Positions 18,558 to 31,192 of a DNA stretch of 64,000 bases are shown piece by piece. The notes below the pieces were generated by a model, which ran no database searches, was not told the DNA's origin, and was given only the letters and a program-made list of their open reading frames with translations. Location of the stretch: assembly GCA_049515535.1 (NCBI GenBank), contig JBEKTZ010000001.1, forward strand, positions 144,599-208,598, given 5' to 3'. Both the position numbers and the translations under genes were made by a program. Position 1 is the first letter of the stretch. Every line of letters starts with the position of its first letter. Source of the stretch: Candidatus Aminicenantales bacterium (GTDB lineage Bacteria > Acidobacteriota > Aminicenantia > Aminicenantales > UBA4085).

Positions 18558-20240
18558 ATGTTTAAAGGACATCCCAAAGGTCTGTTCGTCGCCTTCTTCG
18601 CCAACATGGGCGAGCGCTTCGGTTTCTACACCATGGTCAGCGTCTTCGTCCTTTTCCTCCAGGCCAAATACGGCCTGAACGCCGGCGCCGCGGCCGTGAT
18701 CTATTCCGTCTTCGCCGCTTGCGTCTATTTCTTCCCGGTCTTAGGCGGGTTCCTGGCCGACAATGTCTTTGGCTACGGCAAGACAATCGGCCTCGGCCTG
18801 ATCGTCATGTTCATCGGCTATGCCGTCCTCACGCTCCCGACCAAGATGGCCACCGGCTTTCCCCTGATCATCTTCGCCCTCGTGGTCATCGCCGTCGGGA
18901 CGGGGTTTTTCAAGGGCAACCTCCAGGCCCTCGTCGGGAACCTTTATGACGACCCGAAATACAGCCCCCTCCGCGACCGGGCCTTTTCCATCTTCTATAT
19001 GGGCATCAACGTCGGCGCGATGTTCGCCCCGACGGCCTCGGAGAAGGTGATCAACTGGATCCTCTCCGGCGCCCAATTGAGCTACAGGCCGGAGATTCCC
19101 GCGCTCGCCAACGATTTCCTGAAAGGGAAGCTGGCGAACGCGGCCGAATACCTGGCTCTTGCCCAAGGCCAGGACAAAACCGCCACCATGGAGACCCTCA
19201 AGCAGTTCTCCGAAAAATACATCAACGTCCTGAGCAAGTCCTATCATTATGCGTTCGGTCTGGCCTGCGTCAGCTTGATCATTTCCATGCTGATTTTCTG
19301 GGGCTTCAAGAAATATTACAAGCACGCGGACCTCACCGAAAAACAAAAGACGAAGTCCGAAGCCCACAAGGCCCAGGTCGTCGAGCTCACTCCGCGGCAG
19401 ACGAAAGAGCGGATCGTGGCGCTCCTGCTCGTCTTTTTCGTCGTCATTTTCTTCTGGATGGCCTTCCAGGAGAGCGCCGTCACGCTGAATTACTTCGCCA
19501 GGGATTACACCTTATCGAATGTGGGCAAGGTGACCAACCTGTGGTTTGACCTGACCGGGCTTCTGGCCATATTCCTGGCCATCGTGGGACTGGTTTTTCT
19601 GGTCCGCAAGAGTTCGCGCATCGTCGCCCGGCTTTTCGGCGGCGCCGCGTTCCTCGTTTTCGGAGCGCTGGCCTACCTCCGCTTCCACGGCTATGCCCCT
19701 TCCACCGAATTCCAGCCGCAGAGGTTCCAGCATTTCAACCCGTTCTTTATCGTCGCGCTGTCACCGCTCGTCGTCTGGCTTTTCGGCTACCTGAATAAAA
19801 AGGGAAAGGAGCCGTCGTCTCCCCGTAAGATCGGATTCGGCATGCTGCTCACCGCCGCGGCCTTCGCCATCCTTGTCGTCGGCTCGTTCGGGCTTCCCTC
19901 TCCCAAGCAGCTCGGCGGCCTGGTCGCCCCGGCCGCTTCTCAGGTGTCGGTCTACTGGCTGATCTCGACCTACTTCCTGCAGACCGTCGCCGAGTTATTC
20001 CTCAGCCCCATCGGCATTTCGTTCGTTTCGCGCGTCGCCCCGCCCAAATACAAGGGGCTGATGCAGGGCCTATGGTTCGCGGCCACGGGCATCGGGATCC
20101 TCCTCGTCGGTCTTCTCGGCTGGCTGTGGATGGCGCTCCCGCTGTGGCTTTTGTGGTTCATCCTGGTCGTGGCCTGCCTGCTCTCGGCGGGTTTCATGTT
20201 CTCGATCATGAAAAAACTGGAGCGCGCTTCGAACGTCTGA
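18558..20240 (+). CDS. POT/PTR family peptide:H+ symporter (MFS)
   Basis: GHPKGL, ERFGFY, GGFLAD, FYMGINVG and ELFLSPIG motifs. Confidence 0.95.
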   Translation: MFKGHPKGLFVAFFANMGERFGFYTMVSVFVLFLQAKYGLNAGAAAVIYSVFAACVYFFPVLGGFLADNVFGYGKTIGLGLIVMFIGYAVLTLPTKMATGFPLIIFALVVIAVGTGFFKGNLQALVGNLYDDPKYSPLRDRAFSIFYMGINVGAMFAPTASEKVINWILSGAQLSYRPEIPALANDFLKGKLANAAEYLALAQGQDKTATMETLKQFSEKYINVLSKSYHYAFGLACVSLIISMLIFWGFKKYYKHADLTEKQKTKSEAHKAQVVELTPRQTKERIVALLLVFFVVIFFWMAFQESAVTLNYFARDYTLSNVGKVTNLWFDLTGLLAIFLAIVGLVFLVRKSSRIVARLFGGAAFLVFGALAYLRFHGYAPSTEFQPQRFQHFNPFFIVALSPLVVWLFGYLNKKGKEPSSPRKIGFGMLLTAAAFAILVVGSFGLPSPKQLGGLVAPAASQVSVYWLISTYFLQTVAELFLSPIGISFVSRVAPPKYKGLMQGLWFAATGIGILLVGLLGWLWMALPLWLLWFILVVACLLSAGFMFSIMKKLERASNV

Positions 20241-20289
20241 AGCGTGAATGTCCGGACCGATAAATTCAAAACGATCTAAAGGAGGCTCC

Positions 20290-22578
<2,289 letters not shown>

Positions 22579-22591
22579 GAGCCGGCCGGCC

Positions 22592-24757
22592 TCACCACCG
22601 CCAGAGATAACTCACTTTGAAGAAAAACCCGCGCTTCGTTTCCAAGAAGCGATTGCTGTTTTCATAATCGTCGCCGTTCCACCGGATCTTCTCGAAAGCG
22701 GATCCATATCCCACGTAAAAGACCGTGCCGGGAATATACGTGAAAGAGGCAAGCGTGTCCACGGTCATCCGCTTGTAATAGGTGTTGTATTCGACGATGG
22801 CCCGCAGGAACAGAAATTTATTGACCTGATAAGTATTGAAGCTGCGGACGATGGTGTCATCATAGATCTTGGCGTTATCCGAGCGACGATAAAAGTCAGC
22901 GTAAGAAAGATTGAGGGAGAAATCGAGCTGATCCGTCGGCTGGAATTCGATGCTCGCGCTGGCGCGGTTCCCATCGCCCTGGTAAGGGGCGTCGGGATCG
23001 TAGAAGATGGCGCCCGTATGCCGATAGAACAATTGAAGAAACAAATGCTTGGAGATCTGGGAATTGGCCTGCAGGCCGAGTCCGCTTTTTCCAAAACTCC
23101 TTCGCGCATAGACTTCGTTGGCCAGGATGCTATCGAAACGGACCTGGGTGCTCCGGGGAAGCTGAAAGCGCAAGGTCACGAGGTTGAACGTCTCGAGCAT
23201 GTTGGAAAACGTGTCGAAAAGCTGGTACCCCCAATAGAAAGGCTCGATGCGATTGAAAAAATTCGATTTGGGATAAATCATGTATTCAGTGAAAATCGCC
23301 AGGCGTCGCAATCCCGTCCTCTGCAGGAAGCCGGTGTCGACCTGAAAATTCTGCGAAATGTCCTGATAGCCCACATCCAAGTTGAAGGTCCGGGTACTCT
23401 GTGTATATTCCACGGCCAGCGCATGCCCGGCGTTCGTCTCGCCGCCGTCCGGATTTTTGGAGAACGACCCGAAAAGGTGGAAAGCGGCCACGGAAGTCGG
23501 ACTCAGCCGGATCCGGCCATCCCCTCCGACGACGCGATTGTAGCCGTCCCGGACATCCCGGGCCGTATAAAATCCGCCGATATACGAATCTTCCTTCAAG
23601 GCGTGGCGGATGCGGAAGATGGAGAACGTCGGGTGCTCATCATTACTGTCGGGTTCGTAGTCCCGGGCATAAATGGCCGCGATCGTATTCTTGGCCCCCA
23701 ACCGGCCCGACAGCTTGAATCCGTAGTCGGGATCGGCGATCGTCCGTGTATGAACCAGGGCCATCAAAGGGGCCTCTTCCGTGTTTCCGGCAAATTGAAA
23801 ATAGTCATTGCCCTCGAGGAAAAAGGGCCTTTTTTCGGGAAAGTAGAGGGCATAGCGCAAGTTGATATCCACCTGGCCCGCGTCGGATTCGACCTGGCTG
23901 AAATCGGGGTTGACCGCCGCGTCGAGCGTAAGGTTTGAGGTCAGGCCGACCTTGCCGGTCAGGCTGAAGTCCGTATTCCGCTCGTCGCGCTTCAGAACGC
24001 CGTCCTGGATCGCCAGTTTGTTGCTGTAGGTCACCGCCGGAAGGATCTCGACCACTCGCTGATATTTCAATCCGGTGAGGGAAATGGGTTGGGTCTGGGC
24101 GATGATGCTTCCCTTATCCGGAGACAGCGGCGGAGCGCTGGCCGACTCCGAGGTTCTCACGAGTTGGCGGAAAATGCCCAGCCGCATCGTGATCGTCTTT
24201 CCGCCGGGAAACCTGATGCTCTGAAGAGGAACCCGGCATTCCACCGTGTACCCCTGGTCATCGATCTGCCCTTTGCTGTCCCAGATAAAATCCTGATCGT
24301 TGCTGAGGTTGCCCTGGATGTCCATGATGCCGTCCCCTTGGATGCCCAGGGGGTTGACAATAAATCCGTAGCCGCTCTGCATGGTGTTGTAGGTATCGAG
24401 AATGATGCCCACAGCATCGTCGGAGAACATGGCGTCCCGTTTGCAGATGGAGGCTTTGATCTTCGATGGATCGCTGTCAAAACAGCGAAACGCGAAATAG
24501 AGATAATCCGCGTCGTAGAAGAAATAAGCTTCGGTCTTTTGCGAGGGATCTTTGCCGTAATCGGGCTGGAACGTCTTGAAATTCGTCATCTTCAGCGCGC
24601 CGTCCCATTCCCCGGGTGTCAGTTTCCCGTCGATGATCGGCGGTTTCTTGGCCGGAGCGATGTCCTGCGTTTCGAGAGCGAGAAGGGCCGTCGAGAACGA
24701 CATGAGAATCGCCAACAGGATGAACTTTTGCGCCTTTCCCGGCGTCGTCTTCTTCAA
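22592..24757 (-). CDS. DUF5916 / CBM9-like outer-membrane protein
   Basis: PPIIDGKL...W, NPDFSQVESD, FPEKRPFFLEG, C-terminal aromatic (YLWRW). Start is uncertain; TTG at 24757 follows GGAGG. Confidence 0.8.
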   Translation of the reverse strand: MKKTTPGKAQKFILLAILMSFSTALLALETQDIAPAKKPPIIDGKLTPGEWDGALKMTNFKTFQPDYGKDPSQKTEAYFFYDADYLYFAFRCFDSDPSKIKASICKRDAMFSDDAVGIILDTYNTMQSGYGFIVNPLGIQGDGIMDIQGNLSNDQDFIWDSKGQIDDQGYTVECRVPLQSIRFPGGKTITMRLGIFRQLVRTSESASAPPLSPDKGSIIAQTQPISLTGLKYQRVVEILPAVTYSNKLAIQDGVLKRDERNTDFSLTGKVGLTSNLTLDAAVNPDFSQVESDAGQVDINLRYALYFPEKRPFFLEGNDYFQFAGNTEEAPLMALVHTRTIADPDYGFKLSGRLGAKNTIAAIYARDYEPDSNDEHPTFSIFRIRHALKEDSYIGGFYTARDVRDGYNRVVGGDGRIRLSPTSVAAFHLFGSFSKNPDGGETNAGHALAVEYTQSTRTFNLDVGYQDISQNFQVDTGFLQRTGLRRLAIFTEYMIYPKSNFFNRIEPFYWGYQLFDTFSNMLETFNLVTLRFQLPRSTQVRFDSILANEVYARRSFGKSGLGLQANSQISKHLFLQLFYRHTGAIFYDPDAPYQGDGNRASASIEFQPTDQLDFSLNLSYADFYRRSDNAKIYDDTIVRSFNTYQVNKFLFLRAIVEYNTYYKRMTVDTLASFTYIPGTVFYVGYGSAFEKIRWNGDDYENSNRFLETKRGFFFKVSYLWRW

Positions 24758-24915
24758 GGCTTCCTCCGTTCTTCTTTTCTCTTCTTCTCGAGGCAACATG
24801 GTCTTCTTCATGTGTCCGTCTATATAGACGCAAATCCAGGCTAAAAGGTTCATGCGCGGGATGAGATGGAGCCGACTCACCATCTCTCGGATGCGGCGTC
24901 GAGGCTTCGGCCGGA

Positions 24916-26394
24916 TCAGCACGACAAAGATTTTTTGACGGCGCTCAACCAGCCCTTATAGAGCGCGTCGGCCTCGGACTTTTTCATTCGGGGCGCGAAT
25001 GTCTTATCGACCGCCCGGAGCTTTTTGATTTCGGCGGTGTTTTTCCAAATGCCCGCGGCCAGGCCGGCCAGATAAGCGGCGCCGAGGGCCGTGGTCTCGA
25101 CGCTCGCCGGCCGGATGACGGGAAGGCCGAGAATATCCGCCTGGAACCGGCAAAGAAAATCATTGGCGGCCGTCCCGCCATCGACCCTCAATTCCGCGAA
25201 CTTCAAACCGGAATCCTTCGTCATGATCTCCAGGACGTCCCTCGTCGCGTAGCCCATGGCCTCGAGCGCGGCGCGGACAAGGTGATTTTTATTCGCCCCC
25301 CGGGTCAGCCCGACGATCGTGCCGCGCGCTCCAGGATCCCAGTAGGGCGCGCCGAGACCGACGAAGGCGGGAACGAAATAGACGCCGGCATTGTCCTCGA
25401 CGGACGCGGCCATCGCTTCCGATTCGGCGGACGTCTTCAACAAGCCGAGCTGGTCGCGGAGCCACTGGACCGCCGCGCCCGCGACGAAAATGGAGCCCTC
25501 GAGCGCATAGGCGGCCTTCCCTTCCGGGCCGCAGGCCAGGGTGGTGATCAATCCGTGTCTCGATTCCCTCCGTTGGCGGCCTGTGTTCAAAAGAATGAAA
25601 CAGCCCGTCCCGTACGTGTTCTTGATGGATCCCGGCTCGAAGCCGGCCTGGCCGAACAGGGCGGCCTGCTGGTCCCCGACGATGCCCATGATCGGGACGC
25701 CGGCCGGGAGCCGCCCGATCTTCGCCGTCCGCCCAAATTCGCCGGAAGACGGAAGGACCCGGGGGAGGATGGCTTTGGGGACGCCGAACAATCCCAACAG
25801 ATCGTCATCCCAGCGCAGCGTATCGATGTTGAAAAGCATCGTCCGCGAAGCGTTGGTGGGATCGGTGGCGTGGCTTTTGCCGCCGGTCAGTTTCCAGAGG
25901 ATCCAGGCGTCGGCGTTGCCGAAACACAATTCTTTGCCGCCTACCGTCCTTCCGCCCGCCGCATGCTTCAATATCCACTCCGCTTTCGTCGCCGAAAAAT
26001 AGGAATCGATCGGCAGGCCGGTCCTTTTCCGGATGAACGCGCCCATCCCCTTTTCGGCCTTGAGCCGGCGGCATCGCTCCGCGGTCCGGCGACACTGCCA
26101 AACGATCGCGTTGTGGATGGGCCGGCCCGTTTTCCTGTCCCAGATAAAAACGGTCTCCCTTTGATTGGTGATGCCGACAGCAGCGATGGAGGAGCCGGGA
26201 ATGGACCTCAGGGCTTTTTGAATCGTGCGATAGACGCTCCGCCAGATGTCTTCGGGATTGTGCTCGACCCAGCCGGGCTTGGGGAAGTATTGAGGAAATT
26301 CCTCATAAGCGCAGGCGACCTCCCGGCCGCGCCGGTCGTAAACGATCGCCCGGCTTCCCGTCGTCCCCTGGTCGATGGCCAGGATATGGTCCAT
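24916..26394 (-). CDS. glpK: Glycerol kinase
   Basis: AIDQGTTGSRA, GITNQRET, AIVWQCRRT, GDQQAALFG, KNTYGTGCF, LEGSIF. Confidence 0.97.
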   Translation of the reverse strand: MDHILAIDQGTTGSRAIVYDRRGREVACAYEEFPQYFPKPGWVEHNPEDIWRSVYRTIQKALRSIPGSSIAAVGITNQRETVFIWDRKTGRPIHNAIVWQCRRTAERCRRLKAEKGMGAFIRKRTGLPIDSYFSATKAEWILKHAAGGRTVGGKELCFGNADAWILWKLTGGKSHATDPTNASRTMLFNIDTLRWDDDLLGLFGVPKAILPRVLPSSGEFGRTAKIGRLPAGVPIMGIVGDQQAALFGQAGFEPGSIKNTYGTGCFILLNTGRQRRESRHGLITTLACGPEGKAAYALEGSIFVAGAAVQWLRDQLGLLKTSAESEAMAASVEDNAGVYFVPAFVGLGAPYWDPGARGTIVGLTRGANKNHLVRAALEAMGYATRDVLEIMTKDSGLKFAELRVDGGTAANDFLCRFQADILGLPVIRPASVETTALGAAYLAGLAAGIWKNTAEIKKLRAVDKTFAPRMKKSEADALYKGWLSAVKKSLSC

Positions 26395-26395
26395 C

Positions 26396-27208
26396 TCAAA
26401 TCTTCTTTTCGACCCAATGAAGGATGTCCTCGAAGACCCGTTCGCGGCCGGCTTCGATGGAAAGGGCATGGCGCAGGCCGGGGTATTCCAGAAGCGTTTT
26501 GTCTTGAAGCTTCAGCTTCTTAAAGAGCTTTCGGCTTGCCCGGGCATCGACCAAAAGGTCCTCTCCGGCGAGCAAGAAGAGCGCGGGGACGCTCAGATCT
26601 CCGGCCAGCCGCCCGGATTTCCTTTGTTCGCCCATGATATTCAGCAGAAGCTTCAGGCTCGCCGAGCGCACTTCGTCGGGATTTTCATCCATGATTTTTT
26701 GATAGTCGATGTCGGCCGTGCACATGGCCGAAGTGAAAGGCAGGGCGATCGTCTTTTTCGGTTTGACGAGGATCAGGGAGACCAGGGTGAGATAGGCGGA
26801 GACGGGAAACTTCATGGCATTCTTGAAAGCCGGAGAAATCAGAATCTGCCCGGCGAACGCGTCCGGATAGCGGCAGGTCAGGTTGAAGGCGATCAATCCG
26901 CCCATGCTCTCGCCGAGGAGGAAAATCTTTTTGCCCGGATGCTCCCGGGCGATGATCTCCCGCAGGGCCAGGATATCCCGGTCGTAAACGCGGAAGGAAT
27001 CGATATGCCCGCGCGGCCGCTCCTTTGTCCGGCCGAAGCCCTTGAGTTCCACAGCGTACGAGGTGTATCCCCGGCGGGCGAAAAAATTCGCGAGAAAGTC
27101 CCAGCGGCCGGTGTGCGCGCCGAGACCGTGGACAAGAAGAAACACGGCTTTAGCGGACGGCGCGTCCCAGCGGCGATACAAGACATCGGTTCCGAGAAGG
27201 TCCATCAT
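26396..27208 (-). CDS. Alpha/beta hydrolase (monoacylglycerol lipase/lysophospholipase-like)
   Basis: VHGLGAH, GESMGG nucleophile elbow, terminal His; stop 1 nt before the glpK start. Confidence 0.88.
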   Translation of the reverse strand: MMDLLGTDVLYRRWDAPSAKAVFLLVHGLGAHTGRWDFLANFFARRGYTSYAVELKGFGRTKERPRGHIDSFRVYDRDILALREIIAREHPGKKIFLLGESMGGLIAFNLTCRYPDAFAGQILISPAFKNAMKFPVSAYLTLVSLILVKPKKTIALPFTSAMCTADIDYQKIMDENPDEVRSASLKLLLNIMGEQRKSGRLAGDLSVPALFLLAGEDLLVDARASRKLFKKLKLQDKTLLEYPGLRHALSIEAGRERVFEDILHWVEKKI

Positions 27209-27252
27209 GATCGGGATTATAGCACGGCCCAACGCATTTATTGTACTATATC

Positions 27253-27328
27253 ACTCGCCCGTAACTTACGACGGGCGAGTACGGCGGAAATGGATCCCCG
27301 GGCAAAACCCGGGGCCCCGTCCGCCGTC
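27253..27328 (+). repeat. Palindromic element, 5'-truncated long form
   Basis: Hairpin ACTCGCCCGT-8 nt-ACGGGCGAGT followed by ACGGCGGAAATGGATCCCCGGGCAAAACCCGGGGCCCCGTCCGCCGTC. Confidence 0.85.
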
Positions 27329-27352
27329 CAAGCGAGGTCCGACGGGGACGAA

Positions 27353-28489
27353 ATGATCGCGAAAAAAAATGTCCTCCTCATCGGCGGGGCGGCCCGCGAC
27401 GTCGGGAAAACCGCGTTCGCCTGCCGGATCATCAAGCGCTACGCGCCCGATGTCGATGTCGTCGGGATCAAAATCACGGTCTCCGGCGAGGGCGATCGAG
27501 ACGATCGGGACCGCCACGGCGGACCGGCCGCAGGCGAGAATCATTCACCCGGCGGAAGTTATCGAATATTGGAAGATTCGATTCCCTCGGATATCACGGA
27601 TACGGGCCGGATGCTCGAAGCCGGGGCCCGCCGGGCTTATTGGCTCCGCGCCACGCGCGAATATTTGGAGGAAGGAATCGAGGCGCTCTTTCGACTCCTC
27701 CCAGACGACGCCTGCATCGTGGCCGAGGGGACGTCCGCGAGGACGGTCATGGAGCCGGGCGCGTTCATCGTCCTGGGCAAGAAAGACGACCCGGCGATGA
27801 AAGACTCTTGCGCCGCGGTCGTTCATCTCGCCGACAAAACGGCGGTCTTCGACGGCCTCTCCTGGGATTTCCCGCCCGAAGATTGCCTTTTCCTCGACGG
27901 AGAATGGATGGTCCGCCCCGAGGCCGGGGCCATCGTCCTGGCCGGCGGAGACAGCCTCAGGATCGGACAGGACAAGGCCATGCTTCCCGTCGCCGGAAAG
28001 CCCATGATCGAGCATATCGTCGATCAGCTTAAGAGGCTCTTCAACGAGGTCGTCGTCAGCGCCAACAGACCGGAGGCTTATCGATTTTTAAAATTGGAAA
28101 TCATTCCCGACCTCGAACCCGGACAAGGTCCCCTCATGGGCATCGCCTCGAGCCTCCGGCGCATGCGGCATGACCTCAATTTCGTCGTCGCCTGCGACGT
28201 CCCGCGGATCGACTTGGGCTTCGTCAGCCATCTGTTCGCTCTGGCCGACGGTTATGACCTGGTCCTGCCGACCATCGAGGACGGCCGCTACGAGCCGCTG
28301 TTCGCCGTTTACCGGAAGAGCGCGATCGCGCCGGCCGGGCGGATTCTGGAAAGCGGCGGCCGGAGCATTCTCGCTCTCCTGGATCGGGTGAAGGTCCGCC
28401 TCGTGCGGATCCCGGACGCGAGCTGGTATCGGAACATCAATACGGATGCGGATTATGCGCGTTTGATCGCGGAGGATGACCGGACGTAG
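27353..28489 (+). CDS. mobA: MobA-like nucleotidyltransferase fused to an N-terminal P-loop (MobB-like) domain
   Basis: C-terminal half LAGGDSLRIGQDKA, GPLMGI, ACDVP, EPLFAVY, NINT; N-terminal half GGAARDVGKT. Confidence 0.75.
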   Translation: MIAKKNVLLIGGAARDVGKTAFACRIIKRYAPDVDVVGIKITVSGEGDRDDRDRHGGPAAGENHSPGGSYRILEDSIPSDITDTGRMLEAGARRAYWLRATREYLEEGIEALFRLLPDDACIVAEGTSARTVMEPGAFIVLGKKDDPAMKDSCAAVVHLADKTAVFDGLSWDFPPEDCLFLDGEWMVRPEAGAIVLAGGDSLRIGQDKAMLPVAGKPMIEHIVDQLKRLFNEVVVSANRPEAYRFLKLEIIPDLEPGQGPLMGIASSLRRMRHDLNFVVACDVPRIDLGFVSHLFALADGYDLVLPTIEDGRYEPLFAVYRKSAIAPAGRILESGGRSILALLDRVKVRLVRIPDASWYRNINTDADYARLIAEDDRT

Positions 28490-28611
28490 CGCGGAACGAT
28501 GCCCAATCGGCGGAACTTTGATATAATGGAAGACACCCTACCCATTTCCTCATTTCCGAGAAGGTTGGGGTAAGCAGAATCAGGGAAACAGATACGGTCT
28601 CTCCCTATTAT

Positions 28612-29019
28612 CTATTTCTGTTTTATTCCCACAGCGTCCAGGGAGAGGGATTCGGCCACGAGGCGGCATTTCGTGTACTTCCCATCGGCGTCTTTTTGGA
28701 ACGTGATCTTGATCAGTCCATCGTCGGGATCGGTGAACGTGAACTTGTCAGCGGAGTTTTCCACCGCCTTCAGCTCGCCGGGCGAAGTGAAGCCGTATTC
28801 GATCCAGAAAGCCCCGTCCTTGACGTAGAATTCGAAAACTCTTTGACTATCCCCTATGGCGCTGAGATCGAATTCGTATTTGCCCAGGAATTTTTCGTAT
28901 GTCTTGGCCGGGTCCTGGCCCGCCGCCGTTTGGGCCGAAAGCGCGGGCAGGCTCAACAGGATTGCCGCCAAAACCCAAATCAGAATATGGCCTCGCCCCG
29001 CCGGAAATGTCTTGATCAT
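28612..29019 (-). CDS. Secreted hypothetical protein
   Basis: AGGAGG RBS, signal peptide, host-like codon usage. Confidence 0.7.
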   Translation of the reverse strand: MIKTFPAGRGHILIWVLAAILLSLPALSAQTAAGQDPAKTYEKFLGKYEFDLSAIGDSQRVFEFYVKDGAFWIEYGFTSPGELKAVENSADKFTFTDPDDGLIKITFQKDADGKYTKCRLVAESLSLDAVGIKQK

Positions 29020-29171
29020 ATCGTCCTCCTGTTCATCCGGCCACCTGCCGAAGGCCGCAATGTCATTCCACGCTATCAAATACGATCAAGAACGGTAAAA
29101 AGTTGCTCCCATCCGTCCGTTGCTTCGTCCCTTTCCAAATCTGTCACCGAAAAAACCTATCGTCCTTCGCA

Positions 29172-30236
29172 TTAGTGATTCGGCCGATCGGTCCCGGAGG
29201 CGATCGCCTGTTCGATTTCTTCGATGACGCCCGGCTCTTTTTCCGTTGATTTCGCCCGCCGCAGCAGCCGGACGGCCTTCCCTCCTCCGATGCGGCCCAG
29301 CGCCCAAGCGGAATAGGATCTGATTTGCGGCCCACCGTGATCGAGAGCCCAACCGAGAGGCTCTATGGCCGCGGCGTCCGCCGCGTTTCCGAGGGCGATG
29401 ATGGCATTTCCGCGGAGGGCTTCAATTCCCGCCCGCATAGGAAATGAAGGAATGACTCTTTTGAAATACGCTTCGTCCGCCGTTATCAGAGGAATGAGCT
29501 CGGGCCGCTCGGAGACATCCTCCAACAGAACGGGGTAGCTTCGTCGCGGTTCGATCTTCCGGTTCTTCGGGCAGATCCGGACGCAATCGCCGCAACCGAA
29601 AAGCCGGTCCCCCTGTTTTTTCCGTAGCCCGGCCGGAACGAACGCTCCCCAAAGCCAATCCGTGATGCACAACTTGCGGTTCACTTTAAACGGCCCCGTT
29701 ATTGCGTCAGTCGGACACGAGCGAAGACATAAGTCGCAGGCCCCGCAATCGGCTTCATGCATTGGGAATTCCTCAGCGTCCAAAGGAGCGTTCGTGACGA
29801 TCGTGGCAAACATCACGCACGATCCGAACCGTTCCGTCACTACAACGCCGTTTTTTCCATAGCCGCCCAGTCCCGCCCTAACCGCGGCCGGCTTGTCTGG
29901 AATCTGGTAATTCTTGTTGAAGACGGCCTTGTATCCTTCCTTTTTTAAAAAGCCGCTTACGGTTTTGACGTAATATTCCTCCAAACGCGTAAATGCCCTG
30001 ACGTTGTAAGCCCGCGAATACTTACCCGTCGGAGAGCCGGAGGGCGGAGAATCGATCCGGTCGTCTTCTTTCATGCAAAATCCGGCGACGACGACCGCGC
30101 GGGCGTCATTGAGTGTATCCAGCGGATCGACAATCTTTTGGTTTCTGGCCAAAGGCTTCGCCGAGGTAATCCCGATCATGTCGATATCGTTGGCCAGGGC
30201 TCGGGCTCTCAACCGATCGGTCAAATTGTCCGGCAT
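29172..30236 (-). CDS. queG: Epoxyqueuosine reductase-like 4Fe-4S protein with C-terminal HEAT repeat
   Basis: AVRAGLG.YGKN, CGACDLCLRSCPT, GCGDCVRICP, NAIIALGN. Confidence 0.7.
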   Translation of the reverse strand: MPDNLTDRLRARALANDIDMIGITSAKPLARNQKIVDPLDTLNDARAVVVAGFCMKEDDRIDSPPSGSPTGKYSRAYNVRAFTRLEEYYVKTVSGFLKKEGYKAVFNKNYQIPDKPAAVRAGLGGYGKNGVVVTERFGSCVMFATIVTNAPLDAEEFPMHEADCGACDLCLRSCPTDAITGPFKVNRKLCITDWLWGAFVPAGLRKKQGDRLFGCGDCVRICPKNRKIEPRRSYPVLLEDVSERPELIPLITADEAYFKRVIPSFPMRAGIEALRGNAIIALGNAADAAAIEPLGWALDHGGPQIRSYSAWALGRIGGGKAVRLLRRAKSTEKEPGVIEEIEQAIASGTDRPNH

Positions 30237-30355
30237 GTCGTTATTCCTCTTCCACAGAATGATCGCAACCATCGACACCATTGAGAAACGGCGGCGACAG
30301 GCAGAATAGGCTTACTGGGGAATCGCCTCGATCCCGACGATTGTCCGGCCGCCGG

Positions 30356-31090
30356 CTATTTCGATATTTTGAAGAGGGCGTCCTCCAATTTGGAATTGGT
30401 GGAGATCTTCACAAACGTCATGGCCATGGCCGCGGCGCCGCTCTGGAACGTCGATATCTTATGGGCAATGATCAGGCCGCCTTCATTTCTATAATCCTCG
30501 GAGATGGACTCGGTATCGACTTCTCCGCCCGTTCCCGTCGCATCCATGCTCTTGGCCTTCGTCTTATAAATCAGGTAAGTCGCGGGATCGATATAGTCCG
30601 TCGTCTTGAATCCGTCTTTAAAGGACTGCTCCAGGACGAGGTACTCTTTATCGTTGATCTTTTCTTTTCCTTTGTAGGCGTAGCTGATGCCGTACTTTTC
30701 GGGGTCAAGGGCTGCGCGCGCGCCGAAAGCCTGTCGCTTCATGTTCTTGGCCATGAGATCGGGCATCTCTTCGACCGCCCCGCTCTGGGGATTCGTCATC
30801 CAGGCCTTCTCGCCGTCATAGGCCTGGGTGATCATGATTCCCATCACCTCAATGTCGATCCTTATCTTATCCGGATATTTCTGATAGAGAGTGATGTTGC
30901 CGCTCATCCCCATTTGGATCAAATCGAGCGATCCGGAAATCGTGACATCGGCAACGGCTTCCAATGCTTTCCGTCCGCCTTGAGCGTCGATCATTTTGTT
31001 CAGGATGACTTTGACATCCTGGGCGCCGGCATTGACGGCCGCTCCCGACAGCAAAATCAGGGCCACGGAAAAAATCAGGATTTTTTTCAT
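30356..31090 (-). CDS. Outer-membrane lipoprotein-sorting (LolA-like) protein
   Basis: Signal peptide, MIDAQGG, YPDKIR, AYDGEKAW and C-terminal LEDALF. Confidence 0.65.
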   Translation of the reverse strand: MKKILIFSVALILLSGAAVNAGAQDVKVILNKMIDAQGGRKALEAVADVTISGSLDLIQMGMSGNITLYQKYPDKIRIDIEVMGIMITQAYDGEKAWMTNPQSGAVEEMPDLMAKNMKRQAFGARAALDPEKYGISYAYKGKEKINDKEYLVLEQSFKDGFKTTDYIDPATYLIYKTKAKSMDATGTGGEVDTESISEDYRNEGGLIIAHKISTFQSGAAAMAMTFVKISTNSKLEDALFKISK

Positions 31091-31192
31091 TTCACTTCTC
31101 CTTTTTGATCGTATCCGACCATAGCTATTTTTATGTTCATACGGATTTCGATCCATATGGTTTTAAGCCCCTCGATCCTCGTCGTCGTGAAT

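Noticed and set aside
26375..27352. Long N-terminal extension of the mobA-like ORF, and similar long antisense ORFs (e.g. 515-1414, 1421-3001, 22124-23938, 55597-57213)
   Set aside because: Shadow frames of real genes in GC-rich DNA, with no recognisable motifs.
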